64,000 nucleotides of DNA from Porphyromonadaceae bacterium UBA7332 (GTDB lineage Bacteria; Bacteroidota; Bacteroidia; Bacteroidales; UBA7332). How positions within the stretch are numbered: the first letter of the stretch is position 1; each line of letters begins with the position of its first letter. The translations under genes and the position numbers were made by a program. The stretch lies in the NCBI GenBank assembly GCA_002471225.1, contig DKPO01000017.1:21216-85215 (forward strand). Reading direction: 5' to 3'. The notes beneath the pieces are model-generated. The model did not search any database and had not been told where the DNA came from. It was given only the letters and a program-made list of their open reading frames with translations. Shown here piece after piece: positions 46,990-56,792 of the stretch.

Positions 46990-48837
46990 ATGAGAATAAC
47001 TATTTTAGCATCTGCAATGCTATGTGCGTCAATTGTTTCTGCGAAGACGCATAAATTTGAAATGATAGATTTTGGTATAAAACCAAATACATCAGAAAAT
47101 ATATCTCCTCTAATGGTTAAAGCTTTAAATCAAATTAAAGCTCAAGTGAAAAAAGGGGATAAGATTGAAATCTATTTCGAAAAAGGAGCTTATAATTTCC
47201 ATCCTGAAGGCTCCTCTCAAAAAGAGTATTATATATCTAATCATGATCAGGATAATCCGAAATCTGTAGGTATTGCTGTAGAGCAATTGAATAATTTTAC
47301 GATAGACGGAAATGGATCAGATTTCCTGTTTCATGGTCGTATGCTGCCTGTCTCTCTGGTTGGAGATACATCCGTTGTCTTGAAGAATTTTAATGTTGAC
47401 TTTCCGAATCCGCACATTGCACAAGTTCAGATTCTTTCAAATAATCCTGAGACCGGAGAAGTTGTTTATGAGATTGCGCCTTGGGTGAATTATCGGATTG
47501 TTGGTAACAATCTTGAAGTTTATGGAGATGGTTGGAGTCATATTCCATCCTGGGGTATTGCTTTTGAGGAAAAGACAAAGCACTTGGTTTATAATACAAG
47601 TGATATAGGCTTGGGTACAAAAAATGTAGAAGAGATAGCACCTCGTAAAATTCGCTCTAAGAGCTGGAAGAACGAGAAGCTGATTCCGGGTACTGTTATC
47701 GCGATGCGTGGATATGGGAGACCAACTCCCGGTGTATTCATAACGCATTCCAAAGATGTCAAACTGGAGAATATAAATATGCACTATGCGGAAGGTATGG
47801 GGCTTTTGGCTCAGATGTCTGAAAATCTTACTTTGGATAAGTTTAATGTATGTTTACGAGGTGATTCTGATCCAAGATACTTTACGACTCAGGCTGATGC
47901 AACACATTTTTCAGCATGTAAGGGTTATATTAAAAGTGTGAATGGGCTTTATGAAGGAATGATGGATGATGCGATTAATGTCCATGGAACCTATTTAAAT
48001 ATAAAAGATCAGATAAACGCTACGACTGTTGAGGCTGTCTATATGCATCCGCAGGCATGGGGATTCGAATGGGGACGACCAAACGATAAAGTTCAATTTG
48101 TCTCATCTAAAACAATGGAGTTGTTTGATGGTGTTAATCAGGTTAAGTCTATCGTTCCGGTAGATAAACCAACCACCCATGGCGCCAAAGTTTTTCGTAT
48201 AGAGTTTGAAAATCCATTAAGCTTTAAATTCACAAAAGATCAACCTGTAGGAATCGAAAATCTGACATGGACGCCGGAGGTGTATTTTGCAGATAACGTA
48301 ATTCGTAACAACCGTGCGAGAGGAACCTTATTCAGTACACCTAAAAAGACCGTTGTTGAACGAAATTATTTTGATCATACTTCCGGAACGGCTATTCTTC
48401 TTTGTGGCGATTGTAATGGTTGGTATGAGACAGGTGCTTGTAAAGAGGTTATAATTAGAGATAACTATTTTAAGAATGCTCTAACGAATATGTTTCAGTT
48501 TACCAATGCAGTTATCTCTATATATCCGGAAATACCTAATCTGAAAGATCAGAAGAAATATTTTCATGGAGGTTCTAAAACGGGTATTGTGATAGAGAAT
48601 AATGTTTTTGATACGTTTGATTCCCCTCTTCTGTATGCCAAATCAATTGATGGTTTGGTTTTTAGGAAAAATAAAATTGTTCACAACAATGACTATTCAG
48701 CTTTCCACTGGAATAAAAAACCTTTTATGCTGGAAAGAGCTATTAATGTAAAGATCGAAAAGAATTCAGAGAAATATTCTTTGAAAGATGATGTAAAATT
48801 GAATGACTCAGATGTTAATTTGATTATTGTAAAATAA
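46990..48837 (+). CDS. GH110-like alpha-1,3-galactosidase (right-handed beta-helix)
   Basis: The ATG at 46990 gives the signal peptide MRITILASAMLCASIVSA. Blocks YYISNHDQDNPK, HYAEGMGLLAQ, FTTQADATHFS, MMDDAINVHGTY, RNNRARGTLFSTPKKTVVE and GTAILLCGDCNGW fit my recollection of Bacteroides blood-group-B-cleaving GH110 enzymes. Confidence 0.75.
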   Translation: MRITILASAMLCASIVSAKTHKFEMIDFGIKPNTSENISPLMVKALNQIKAQVKKGDKIEIYFEKGAYNFHPEGSSQKEYYISNHDQDNPKSVGIAVEQLNNFTIDGNGSDFLFHGRMLPVSLVGDTSVVLKNFNVDFPNPHIAQVQILSNNPETGEVVYEIAPWVNYRIVGNNLEVYGDGWSHIPSWGIAFEEKTKHLVYNTSDIGLGTKNVEEIAPRKIRSKSWKNEKLIPGTVIAMRGYGRPTPGVFITHSKDVKLENINMHYAEGMGLLAQMSENLTLDKFNVCLRGDSDPRYFTTQADATHFSACKGYIKSVNGLYEGMMDDAINVHGTYLNIKDQINATTVEAVYMHPQAWGFEWGRPNDKVQFVSSKTMELFDGVNQVKSIVPVDKPTTHGAKVFRIEFENPLSFKFTKDQPVGIENLTWTPEVYFADNVIRNNRARGTLFSTPKKTVVERNYFDHTSGTAILLCGDCNGWYETGACKEVIIRDNYFKNALTNMFQFTNAVISIYPEIPNLKDQKKYFHGGSKTGIVIENNVFDTFDSPLLYAKSIDGLVFRKNKIVHNNDYSAFHWNKKPFMLERAINVKIEKNSEKYSLKDDVKLNDSDVNLIIVK

Positions 48838-48905
48838 TTTCAATTGTCATTAATTGCTTGTTTTAAATATAATAAGGAGTATATATTAGTAGTAACTCCT
48901 ATTGA

Positions 48906-48939
48906 AGTGTCAGACTTTTGGGTCTGGCACTTTCTTTTT
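48906..48939 (+). terminator. intrinsic terminator after the GH110-like gene
   Basis: AGTGTCAGAC-ttttg-GGTCTGGCACT (10 bp including one G-U) followed by TTCTTTTT. Confidence 0.65.
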
Positions 48940-49187
48940 AATAATGATTTTGTGTTTTATAAAAAATATAAATTTTTCAGGCTTATTTCTTCTCGGCGTT
49001 TTTATTGTTTGCGTGTTAAAATTAACTGTGCTATTGATTGCTTTATTCGTTTTGTAGTTGTGCGTTTTTGGCATTAGTTTTATTTAAAGTGAAAATCATC
49101 TTAAAAGTATCTCTCAAATAGGGCTTATTTATATGTTAAATGTGAAAAAATAAATACGATATAAGTTTGAATATTAATTTAAGTTTA

Positions 49188-49195
49188 TATATTTG
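49188..49195 (+). promoter_or_regulatory. candidate promoter (-7 TATATTTG with -33 TTTG at 49166-69)
   Basis: It has the same TATATTTGC box and the same 18-nt spacing to an upstream TTTG as the box at 50048. Confidence 0.45.
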
Positions 49196-49404
49196 CCGCC
49201 GTGATATTCTGAATAACTCAGATGTATTATGATGAATGATTGCTTTGGAAAAATCAAATTGGTAACTTATTTGAATAAATAATAACTCAAATGTGTGAAT
49301 AAATATATATATGTTGACATCATAAATTATTCTTATTAATCTGAAGATATATAATAAATATTCTTATTAATCTAATTATTTCATAAACTAAACTCTAATC
49401 ATGC

Positions 49405-49518
49405 ATGAAAAAAGAATCTAGAAACATGCTCTTACTTCTCTCCGGAGTGCTAAGTGCATATCCTGGTCATTCATATAATATAAGTATGATACTATCTAAC
49501 AAGTTAAGATCAAGTTAG
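49405..49518 (+). other. 37-codon ORF resembling only the signal peptide of a SusC-type protein; possible 5' relic or leader
   Basis: Encodes MKKESRNMLLLLSGVLSAYPGHSYNISMILSNKLRSS*. It is preceded by a 21-bp exact copy of the sequence upstream of the SusC start (CTAATTATTTCATAAACTAAA) and the same ATGCATGAAAA start context. A hairpin terminator follows. Confidence 0.35.
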
Positions 49519-49554
49519 TCGAAGTTACAGTTTATAACTACAAAAAAATAAGTT

Positions 49555-49597
49555 CCCATTTTGACCTATATTTGCCGGTCTGAAATGGGGCTTTTTT
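49555..49597 (+). terminator. hairpin plus T-run after the mini-ORF
   Basis: CCCATTTTGACC...GGTCTGAAATGGG (one bulge) followed by GCTTTTTT. Confidence 0.5.
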
Positions 49598-50047
49598 AGA
49601 AATACTTTCTGCGCTTGATTTTTAAACGTATGGTTGAATCCTGATACTGTGTCTCGTGAGTCATAACGAGATTCAACTGTGGCTCACTATTGAATGGAAA
49701 TCGAATTTAATGAACGAAATCAGTGCGTTATCAGATTTTATAGGTTGTGTAATTAATTGGCTATTTGATGGTTTCGAAACACGGATGGGCATAAATCCCA
49801 TCCCTACGGCGATTAATATGAAGCATTGAAAAATATTTTACGCTGTCGTAAAGCTTTGAAACTGTATATAACGCTATCGCTTACAGATTATAAGTCCATA
49901 TTGTAACCTATAAACTTGTTTACAGTCTCTTTTTTTTATTTTGATTGTAATTTACTGAAAAATATTCAGTTAATATAGTTTATTTTTATATGTAATAATA
50001 TTATTGATAAAATTAAGATATTTTCTTTGTGATGATAAATATTGTTC

Positions 50048-50055
50048 TATATTTG
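50048..50055 (+). promoter_or_regulatory. candidate PUL promoter (-7 TATATTTG with -33 TTTG at 50026-29)
   Basis: Matches TAnnTTTG with TTTG 18 nt upstream. It lies 192 nt upstream of the SusC ATG. Confidence 0.5.
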
Positions 50056-50246
50056 CAGCGTATTACAATTGAATTAAAAAATAACGATTAATCAGAAAGC
50101 GGTATTCATTTACAGCTAATTAAAATCTAATACTCTATTTAAAGATTGAAGAATTGATTGGGAGAGAGATGAGTTTTTTGAATAGAGAACTGAATAAAAA
50201 TAAATGTTTTTACTAATTATTTCATAAACTAAAACCATTTTAATGC

Positions 50247-53200
50247 ATGAAAACTTTTTATTTGGATAAGCGGAGGTGGCGTTTAGGCTCTTTGGTAAGC
50301 TGTCTTTTGCTTAGTTCTCCATTTGTTTATGCAAATGACAAATCAAAGGTGTCAGATGAATCAGTCTTTTCGACTAAGGAGTACAATTACTCCATTCAGC
50401 AGAACAAGAAAAAAGCGACAAGGATCGTTAAAGGGACAGTTATTTCCGGAGAGGATAATTTGCCGATTATCGGGGCAAATGTCTGGGTGAAAAATGGAAC
50501 AGAAGGTGCTATTACCGATATCGATGGTAATTATTCTATCAAAGTCGAGGGGGTAGCTCCGGTATTAACTTTTTCTTATGTCGGAATGAAGTCTCAGGAT
50601 GTGGCTGTCGGAGATAAGCAAGTAATTAATGTTACTTTATCTCCTGATTCAGAACAATTGGATGAGGTGGTTATTGTAGGTTATGGTAGTCAAAAGAAAG
50701 AAAGTGTAGTCGGCGCTATTTCTACAGTTGACGTAACAAATTTGAAAATACCATCAGCTTCAGTTTCAAATGCTTTGGCAGGTCAGTTAGCCGGTGTTGT
50801 GGCGATGACCCGTTCCGGAGAACCAGGTAAAGGCAGTAGCTCTGAGTTTTATATTCGTGGGGTTTCGTCTTTTAAAGGAACATCCAAACCATTGGTATTG
50901 GTAGATGGTATTGAACGTGAACTCGATTTGGTCGATACAGATGATATCGCATCATTCTCTATTCTTAAAGATGCTTCTGCTTCAGCTGTTTACGGTGTAC
51001 GCGGAGCCAATGGGGTAATTCTGATTACTACGAGAAAAGGATCTGAAGGTAAACCTAAGATTTCAGTAAGGGCTGAGGCTGGTATCACGCAGCCAACAAA
51101 AATGCCTAAAATGGTAAATTCAATGCAGTGGGCTGAATTGTATAATGAAGCTTTGGGCAGAGAATATTACACACCTGAAGAAATCCAGAAATATGCTACG
51201 AATGCAGATTCTGATTTATATCCGAATGTAAACTGGATTGATGAGCTTTACAGAGATCATGCATTTAATCAACGTGTGAATTTAAATATTACCGGGGGTG
51301 GTAGTATTGCTAAATATTTTATTTCCGGAGCCTTCTATAATGAGGGATCAATCTTTAAAAATGCCGGAGACAGATACGATTATAACTCATCGATAAATTA
51401 TAATAAATTCAATTTCCGCGCGAATATTGATTTGTCACTTACGAAATCAACAACCGTAAATGTCAATCTCGCTAATATTTATGAGAAATCATTCAGACCG
51501 GGAGCTTCAAATGGTGATATTTGGGGATATACATTTAATACTTCTCCAAATGCCTTTCCGGTAGAGTACTCAGATGGAACTATTTCTGCGCCGGCATCGG
51601 CTTCAGGTTTTAACCCATGGAACTTATTGGTTCACTCAGGATATAGTGAACAATTCTGGAACTCTTCACAATCTTTGATCGGTATTAATCAGGATTTCAG
51701 TGAAATTATTACTCCGGGCTTAACTGCTCAGATTAAATTCTCATGGGATGCTTTCAATACCTCTACACAATTAAGAAAGAAAGAGCCACGGCAGTACCAC
51801 GCAACAGGTCGTGATCCTGAAACAGGTGCTTTGATTTATGATCAGATATATGCTGGTAGTGAGGAATTAGCATACTCCAGAAGCACAGATGGAACAATGA
51901 CCACTTATTTGGAGGGATCAATCAACTATACGCGTTTGTTTGCTGAAAAGCATCGTGTAGGAGGTCTATTTCTATATAATCATAAAATCCACGTAAGAAC
52001 TCAGGAGGGTGATAAGTTCAGATCATTACCATATAAAAATCAGGGTATTGCAGCACGTGCAACTTATGCATTTGATGAAAGATACTTTGCAGAGTTTAAT
52101 ATGGGTTATAATGGTTCTGAGAACTTTGCCCGCGGACATCGTTTTGGTTTCTTCCCTGCAGGTGCTATCGGATGGATGATGTCAAATGAAAAATGGTGGG
52201 AGCCAATCAGTAAATCAGTAGATATGTTAAAGCTGAAGGCTTCTTACGGTAAAGTAGGTAATGATGCCATCGGCGGCGGAAGAAGATGGATGTATGAGCC
52301 GACAATTGTTGGCGGTGGCTCCTGGTACTACGGAGAAACCGGTGGTGAAGGTGGCGGTGGTATCCGTATCGGAGATGTGGAAAACTTGAACGTAAGTTGG
52401 GAAGAAGCATTGAAGTTTAATGCCGGAATTGAGTTTTCATTATTTGAGAAGTTAAAAATTCAGGCAGATTACTTTAAAGAACATCGTACAGGTATTTTCC
52501 TTCAGCGTGCAGGGCTTCCTGCGATCGTAGGTATTACAAATATACCTTATACAAATATCGGGGAAACCAGTAATCAAGGTTTTGACGGAACATTAGAATA
52601 TAATCAAAAGGTAGGTGAGGTGTATCTGACAGCACGAGGTAACTTTACATATAACCGTAATAAGTTATTAAATAATGATGAACCGGATTGGCAGTACAAA
52701 TATCAGAATGCAATAGGTAAACCATTTGGAGCCGGAGGAGCTTATCAGCCATTCGGATTAGTGGCTATCGGGTATTTCGAATCGCAAGAAGATATAGATA
52801 ACAGCCCTCGCCAGACATATGGTGAATATCGTGTAGGTGATATCAAATATCAGGATATCAATGGTGATGGTAAAATCGATACTTATGACCGTGTTGCGAT
52901 AGGTTATACAAATATGCCTGAAATCGTTTATGGATTTGGTATGACAGCAAATTGGAAAAATTTCGATGTAAATGTATTCTTCCAAGGGGTTAGCCATGTA
53001 TCATTCTTTACCGGAGGAACATCAATGGAACCGTTTACAAGTGGAAATATGGGACGTGCAGCCATTAATGCAGACCTGTATGATCATGCATGGAAAACGA
53101 CTAATACACCGGAGCAGAACGCAAATGCTTTATATCCCCGACTAAGTATAGGGGGAGCAGCAGGTAGCTCTAATAATTATCGCGCATCAACAGCTACGTT

Positions 53201-53426
53201 AAGAGATGGTAGCTTCTTACGTTTGAAAAATGTAGAAATAGGGTATTCAATACCTAAATCAGTATTGAGATCTACATTCATCAGTAATTTCCGTGTCTAT
53301 ATGGCAGGAAATAATTTAGCAACTTTCAGCAAATTCAAATTATGGGATCCTGAAAGAGGAAATGGTGACGGATCAGGATATCCACCATCAAGAATTGTTT
53401 CTTTAGGTATTACAGCAAACTTCTAA
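50247..53426 (+). CDS. SusC/RagA family TonB-dependent outer-membrane transporter
   Basis: 1059 aa. Carboxypeptidase-regulatory-like domain (KGTVISGEDNLPIIGANVWVK), TonB box/plug (DEVVIVGYGSQKK, ILKDASA.AVYG.RGANGVILITT), and a C-terminal barrel ending ...LGITANF. No STN domain. Confidence 0.95.
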   Translation: MKTFYLDKRRWRLGSLVSCLLLSSPFVYANDKSKVSDESVFSTKEYNYSIQQNKKKATRIVKGTVISGEDNLPIIGANVWVKNGTEGAITDIDGNYSIKVEGVAPVLTFSYVGMKSQDVAVGDKQVINVTLSPDSEQLDEVVIVGYGSQKKESVVGAISTVDVTNLKIPSASVSNALAGQLAGVVAMTRSGEPGKGSSSEFYIRGVSSFKGTSKPLVLVDGIERELDLVDTDDIASFSILKDASASAVYGVRGANGVILITTRKGSEGKPKISVRAEAGITQPTKMPKMVNSMQWAELYNEALGREYYTPEEIQKYATNADSDLYPNVNWIDELYRDHAFNQRVNLNITGGGSIAKYFISGAFYNEGSIFKNAGDRYDYNSSINYNKFNFRANIDLSLTKSTTVNVNLANIYEKSFRPGASNGDIWGYTFNTSPNAFPVEYSDGTISAPASASGFNPWNLLVHSGYSEQFWNSSQSLIGINQDFSEIITPGLTAQIKFSWDAFNTSTQLRKKEPRQYHATGRDPETGALIYDQIYAGSEELAYSRSTDGTMTTYLEGSINYTRLFAEKHRVGGLFLYNHKIHVRTQEGDKFRSLPYKNQGIAARATYAFDERYFAEFNMGYNGSENFARGHRFGFFPAGAIGWMMSNEKWWEPISKSVDMLKLKASYGKVGNDAIGGGRRWMYEPTIVGGGSWYYGETGGEGGGGIRIGDVENLNVSWEEALKFNAGIEFSLFEKLKIQADYFKEHRTGIFLQRAGLPAIVGITNIPYTNIGETSNQGFDGTLEYNQKVGEVYLTARGNFTYNRNKLLNNDEPDWQYKYQNAIGKPFGAGGAYQPFGLVAIGYFESQEDIDNSPRQTYGEYRVGDIKYQDINGDGKIDTYDRVAIGYTNMPEIVYGFGMTANWKNFDVNVFFQGVSHVSFFTGGTSMEPFTSGNMGRAAINADLYDHAWKTTNTPEQNANALYPRLSIGGAAGSSNNYRASTATLRDGSFLRLKNVEIGYSIPKSVLRSTFISNFRVYMAGNNLATFSKFKLWDPERGNGDGSGYPPSRIVSLGITANF

Positions 53427-53429
53427 AAA

Positions 53430-55310
53430 ATGAACACAATGAATTTCAATAGATTAGTATATAAAGGGATGATTGCTTTATCTATACTATGTACAGCAGG
53501 TGTAAGTACATCTTGTGATAGTTTTCTGGATAAGCAGGAAGATGAGGCATTAACATTTGACAAAATATGGACTCAGCGTAGTACAACTCGTCAATATTGG
53601 CTACATACAATGAGTTTTTTGCCGAATGATGCAGACGATTTTAACTATTCTCCATGGCAGGGAGCTTCAGATGAGGGTTCCGTGACTTATAATAGAGATA
53701 CAAGATGGATAAACTTCGGTTCATGGAATCCATCGAATGTTCCTTATTATAAAATGCAGGCTTATTATCAAGGTATCCGCGAGTGTAATATATTTTTACA
53801 AAATGCAGATAGATGTAACGACCCGTTATTAACAGCAGGTGAATTAGGTGAATGGAAAGTTCAAACCCGTTTTGCACGAGCATATTATTATTTTCTAATG
53901 CTCCGTATCTACGGACCGGTATTTTTGGTAGGTGATGAGTTGTTGGATTTTACAGCATCAACGGAAGCTTTAGAAAGACCTCGTAATACGTGGGATGAGT
54001 GTGTACAATATGTAGTTGATGAAATGACTGCCTGTGCTAACGATCCGAATATGAAAGACGGATGGGGTACAGCCCGTGAAAAAGGCTTAGCGACGAAAGG
54101 AGCCTGTCAGGCAGTTGTAGCTCGCTTGAAACTTTATTCTGCTCGTGATTTATTTAATGGTAATAAATTATACGCCGGACTTATTAATCCTGATGGACGA
54201 AATCTGTTTCCTCAAACGTATGATGCCAATAAATGGTTAGAAGCAGCAAATGCAGCAAAGGTTTTGATCGATAATCCGTTATATGAGCTTTACCGTAAAG
54301 GAGATGGTTCTAATCCATATGAAAACTGGTTAGGTATTACGCAAGCAGACTGGAATTCAGAATTGATATGGACAACTGGCCGTAAAGGACGTTATACGGT
54401 GAGTGTGCATACTGTTCCGACCGGGGTAGCCGGAACGGCTTATGGGGGAGTCGGTCCGACACAACAACAAGTGGATGCTTTCGCCATGAAAAACGGAAAA
54501 TATCCTATTACAGGATATAAATCAAATGGAGATCCTATTATTGATGAAACATCAGGTTACTCTGAAGAAGGTAAAAGTTCCTGGACTTACCCTGCATGGG
54601 GTGGAGTACAGTCATTTACTAAGAATATGCCTAATATGTATAAGAATCGTGAGCCACGTTTCTATATCTCAGTATTCTTTGGTGATACCGAGTGGTTCCA
54701 TGGAGATAAAAAAACATTGATTTCTTTTGCTAAGAATGGGAACGGGAATAAATCCCATGACTATCCTAAGTCAGGTTATGTAATCAATCGTTTTTATGAT
54801 CATACTCAGAACTCTTCAGCAGGACAATGGGGTAATATCGTATTCCCTACATTCAGACTGGGAGAGATGTATCTTAACTTTATTGAAGCTGTTCTTGAAT
54901 GTAAAAAGAGAGGTGTTGCTCTTCCGGGTGGATATGAGTCTTTAGCTATGGAATTATGGGATGATCTAAGAGATCGTGCGGGAGTACCTCCGATAATGGA
55001 AGTATACCCGGGTTCATCAACTGATCGTTTAATAGAATTAGTACGTGCAGAAAGACGCGTGGAATTGGTTTATGAAAATCATAGATACTTTGATACACGA
55101 ACATGGATGATTGCTGAAAAAACAGATGGCGGTCCAATGTATGGTATGGATACAACCGTTCCTGCTAAAAATGCAACAGACACACCTGATGCATTCTGGA
55201 GCAGAACTGTGTTTGAAACACGTGTATTTAAGCCAAACCATTATTTGTATCCATTCTCACAAAGAGAATTAGATAGAAATAAAAAATTAGTTCAAAACTA
55301 TGGTTGGTAA
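53430..55310 (+). CDS. SusD/RagB family nutrient-binding outer-membrane lipoprotein
   Basis: Lipobox GVSTSC followed by DSFLDKQ. RA.YYF.L...YG, E..L...E and ERR.EL..E..R.FD..RW blocks. It starts 3 nt after the SusC stop. Confidence 0.9.
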   Translation: MNTMNFNRLVYKGMIALSILCTAGVSTSCDSFLDKQEDEALTFDKIWTQRSTTRQYWLHTMSFLPNDADDFNYSPWQGASDEGSVTYNRDTRWINFGSWNPSNVPYYKMQAYYQGIRECNIFLQNADRCNDPLLTAGELGEWKVQTRFARAYYYFLMLRIYGPVFLVGDELLDFTASTEALERPRNTWDECVQYVVDEMTACANDPNMKDGWGTAREKGLATKGACQAVVARLKLYSARDLFNGNKLYAGLINPDGRNLFPQTYDANKWLEAANAAKVLIDNPLYELYRKGDGSNPYENWLGITQADWNSELIWTTGRKGRYTVSVHTVPTGVAGTAYGGVGPTQQQVDAFAMKNGKYPITGYKSNGDPIIDETSGYSEEGKSSWTYPAWGGVQSFTKNMPNMYKNREPRFYISVFFGDTEWFHGDKKTLISFAKNGNGNKSHDYPKSGYVINRFYDHTQNSSAGQWGNIVFPTFRLGEMYLNFIEAVLECKKRGVALPGGYESLAMELWDDLRDRAGVPPIMEVYPGSSTDRLIELVRAERRVELVYENHRYFDTRTWMIAEKTDGGPMYGMDTTVPAKNATDTPDAFWSRTVFETRVFKPNHYLYPFSQRELDRNKKLVQNYGW

Positions 55311-55350
55311 TTCTTATCAAATAGAAATATCAGAATAGAGAATTATTAAA

Positions 55351-56709
55351 ATGAAAAATTTCGAAACAATGAAACATAAATTAGGATTAGTCGCAATGAC
55401 TCTTCTGGCTGCATCGTCTTTGTTTATCGGATGTAATGATAATAAGGAGCAGTATTTAGAAGATTATTCTACCATCCTTTATTATAAGAATGCAGGAGAT
55501 ATTCCTTTGACATTATATAAAACAGGAGAGAATGCAAACTATAATGTGGTTGTAAATAAAGGAGGTTATAACTTAAAAGCTACTGCGAAAGTGACTTCTC
55601 AATTAATGTCTGACGCGGCATTAAATATTTATAATGAAATGCATGAAACCAATTACGTAGCTTTACCGGCATCATGCTATAGTATGGATCCTACTCAGGT
55701 CTTATCATTTTCATCAAGTGAAGATATAAAACTGATAAATGTTGAATTTTTTACCGATAAGATCTATGATCTGGATAAGGATGTAAACTATGTTCTACCT
55801 TTAGAGCTAGTAGATTCAAAAGATTCAATTAACTCTAAGCTGAATAAAATGTTTGTTTCGCCAGATGTTATCATTCCGACAATATATCTGAAAGAAGCGG
55901 GGGAACAAGATATTCTGCTTGATGCAAATTCACCTGAAACATCAACTTTTACCCTTTCTACAGAAATGCCATTTGCTAATCTATGGGATTTTGATTGTAC
56001 ATTAGAGATAGATCAGGCATTATTGGATGAATTTAATGCATCAAGTGAGGTTAAATATGCTCTTTTACCGAAAGAAGCATATGAGTTTAATCCAACTGTG
56101 AAATTTACGTCCGGAAACAGTATGTCTGAAAACATAATCACAATTAATAAGTCAAAAATTATTCCTGGTGATTATATGCTTCCTTTGAGATTAACTGATT
56201 GTACAAAAGAGACATTTGAAATTGAAAAAGGGAAAGATGTATGTCTTTTAAAAGTTTCTTATGCGCCACAATCTATTGCCTTGACAGCAGATATGTTGAG
56301 TACAAATGCTCAGGAACCTTCAGAGGGTGCTATTGCCGGATTAATTGATGGTAATCTGGAAACTTATTTCCACTCAGCATGGAGTGTTTCGGTTGCAAAT
56401 CCACCGCATTATTTTGAAGTTACACTGAATGAGCCAATTTCGGTAGTTAAGTTTCAATATTACACTCGCCATAATAGTGGAAATCAGGCGCCTCAGAAAA
56501 TTGTGGTAAAAGGTAGTAATAATGGTACAGACTATGTGACAATTCAAACATTTGACAGTGGCTTACCAAAAACAGCAAAAACAGCATTTACTACACCTAT
56601 TTTCATATCTGAAACAGCTTATAAACACTTACGATTTGAAGTTCCGATAAGCACAGCAGGTGAAAATAAATATTTCTCAATGGGTGAATTTAAATTATGG
56701 GGTGAATAA
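55351..56709 (+). CDS. surface lipoprotein with DUF1735-like N-terminal domains and C-terminal F5/8 type C (discoidin/CBM32-like) domain
   Basis: Lipobox LFIGC. The C-terminal segment LIDGNLETYFHSAWS...PHYFEVTL...VKFQYYTR...YFSMGEFKLWG is discoidin-like. The position after SusD is typical of an SGBP. Confidence 0.7.
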   Translation: MKNFETMKHKLGLVAMTLLAASSLFIGCNDNKEQYLEDYSTILYYKNAGDIPLTLYKTGENANYNVVVNKGGYNLKATAKVTSQLMSDAALNIYNEMHETNYVALPASCYSMDPTQVLSFSSSEDIKLINVEFFTDKIYDLDKDVNYVLPLELVDSKDSINSKLNKMFVSPDVIIPTIYLKEAGEQDILLDANSPETSTFTLSTEMPFANLWDFDCTLEIDQALLDEFNASSEVKYALLPKEAYEFNPTVKFTSGNSMSENIITINKSKIIPGDYMLPLRLTDCTKETFEIEKGKDVCLLKVSYAPQSIALTADMLSTNAQEPSEGAIAGLIDGNLETYFHSAWSVSVANPPHYFEVTLNEPISVVKFQYYTRHNSGNQAPQKIVVKGSNNGTDYVTIQTFDSGLPKTAKTAFTTPIFISETAYKHLRFEVPISTAGENKYFSMGEFKLWGE

Positions 56710-56792
56710 GTATAGTTAAATAATTAAATAATAAGATTATGAGGGGAGATGAGGTTTACTTAAACTTTATTTCCCCTTTTATTTAAAAAAGA

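Noticed and set aside
48844-49077. 77-aa ORF after the GH110-like gene
   Set aside because: It has a TTG start, spans the GH110 terminator hairpins, and has F/Y/K/C-rich AT-driven composition with no recognisable motif.
49567-49574. Third TATATTTG box as an independent promoter
   Set aside because: It sits in the loop of the hairpin at 49555-49590, and the nearest upstream TTTG is only 3 nt away, which is the wrong spacing. It is mentioned in a finding but not listed as a feature.
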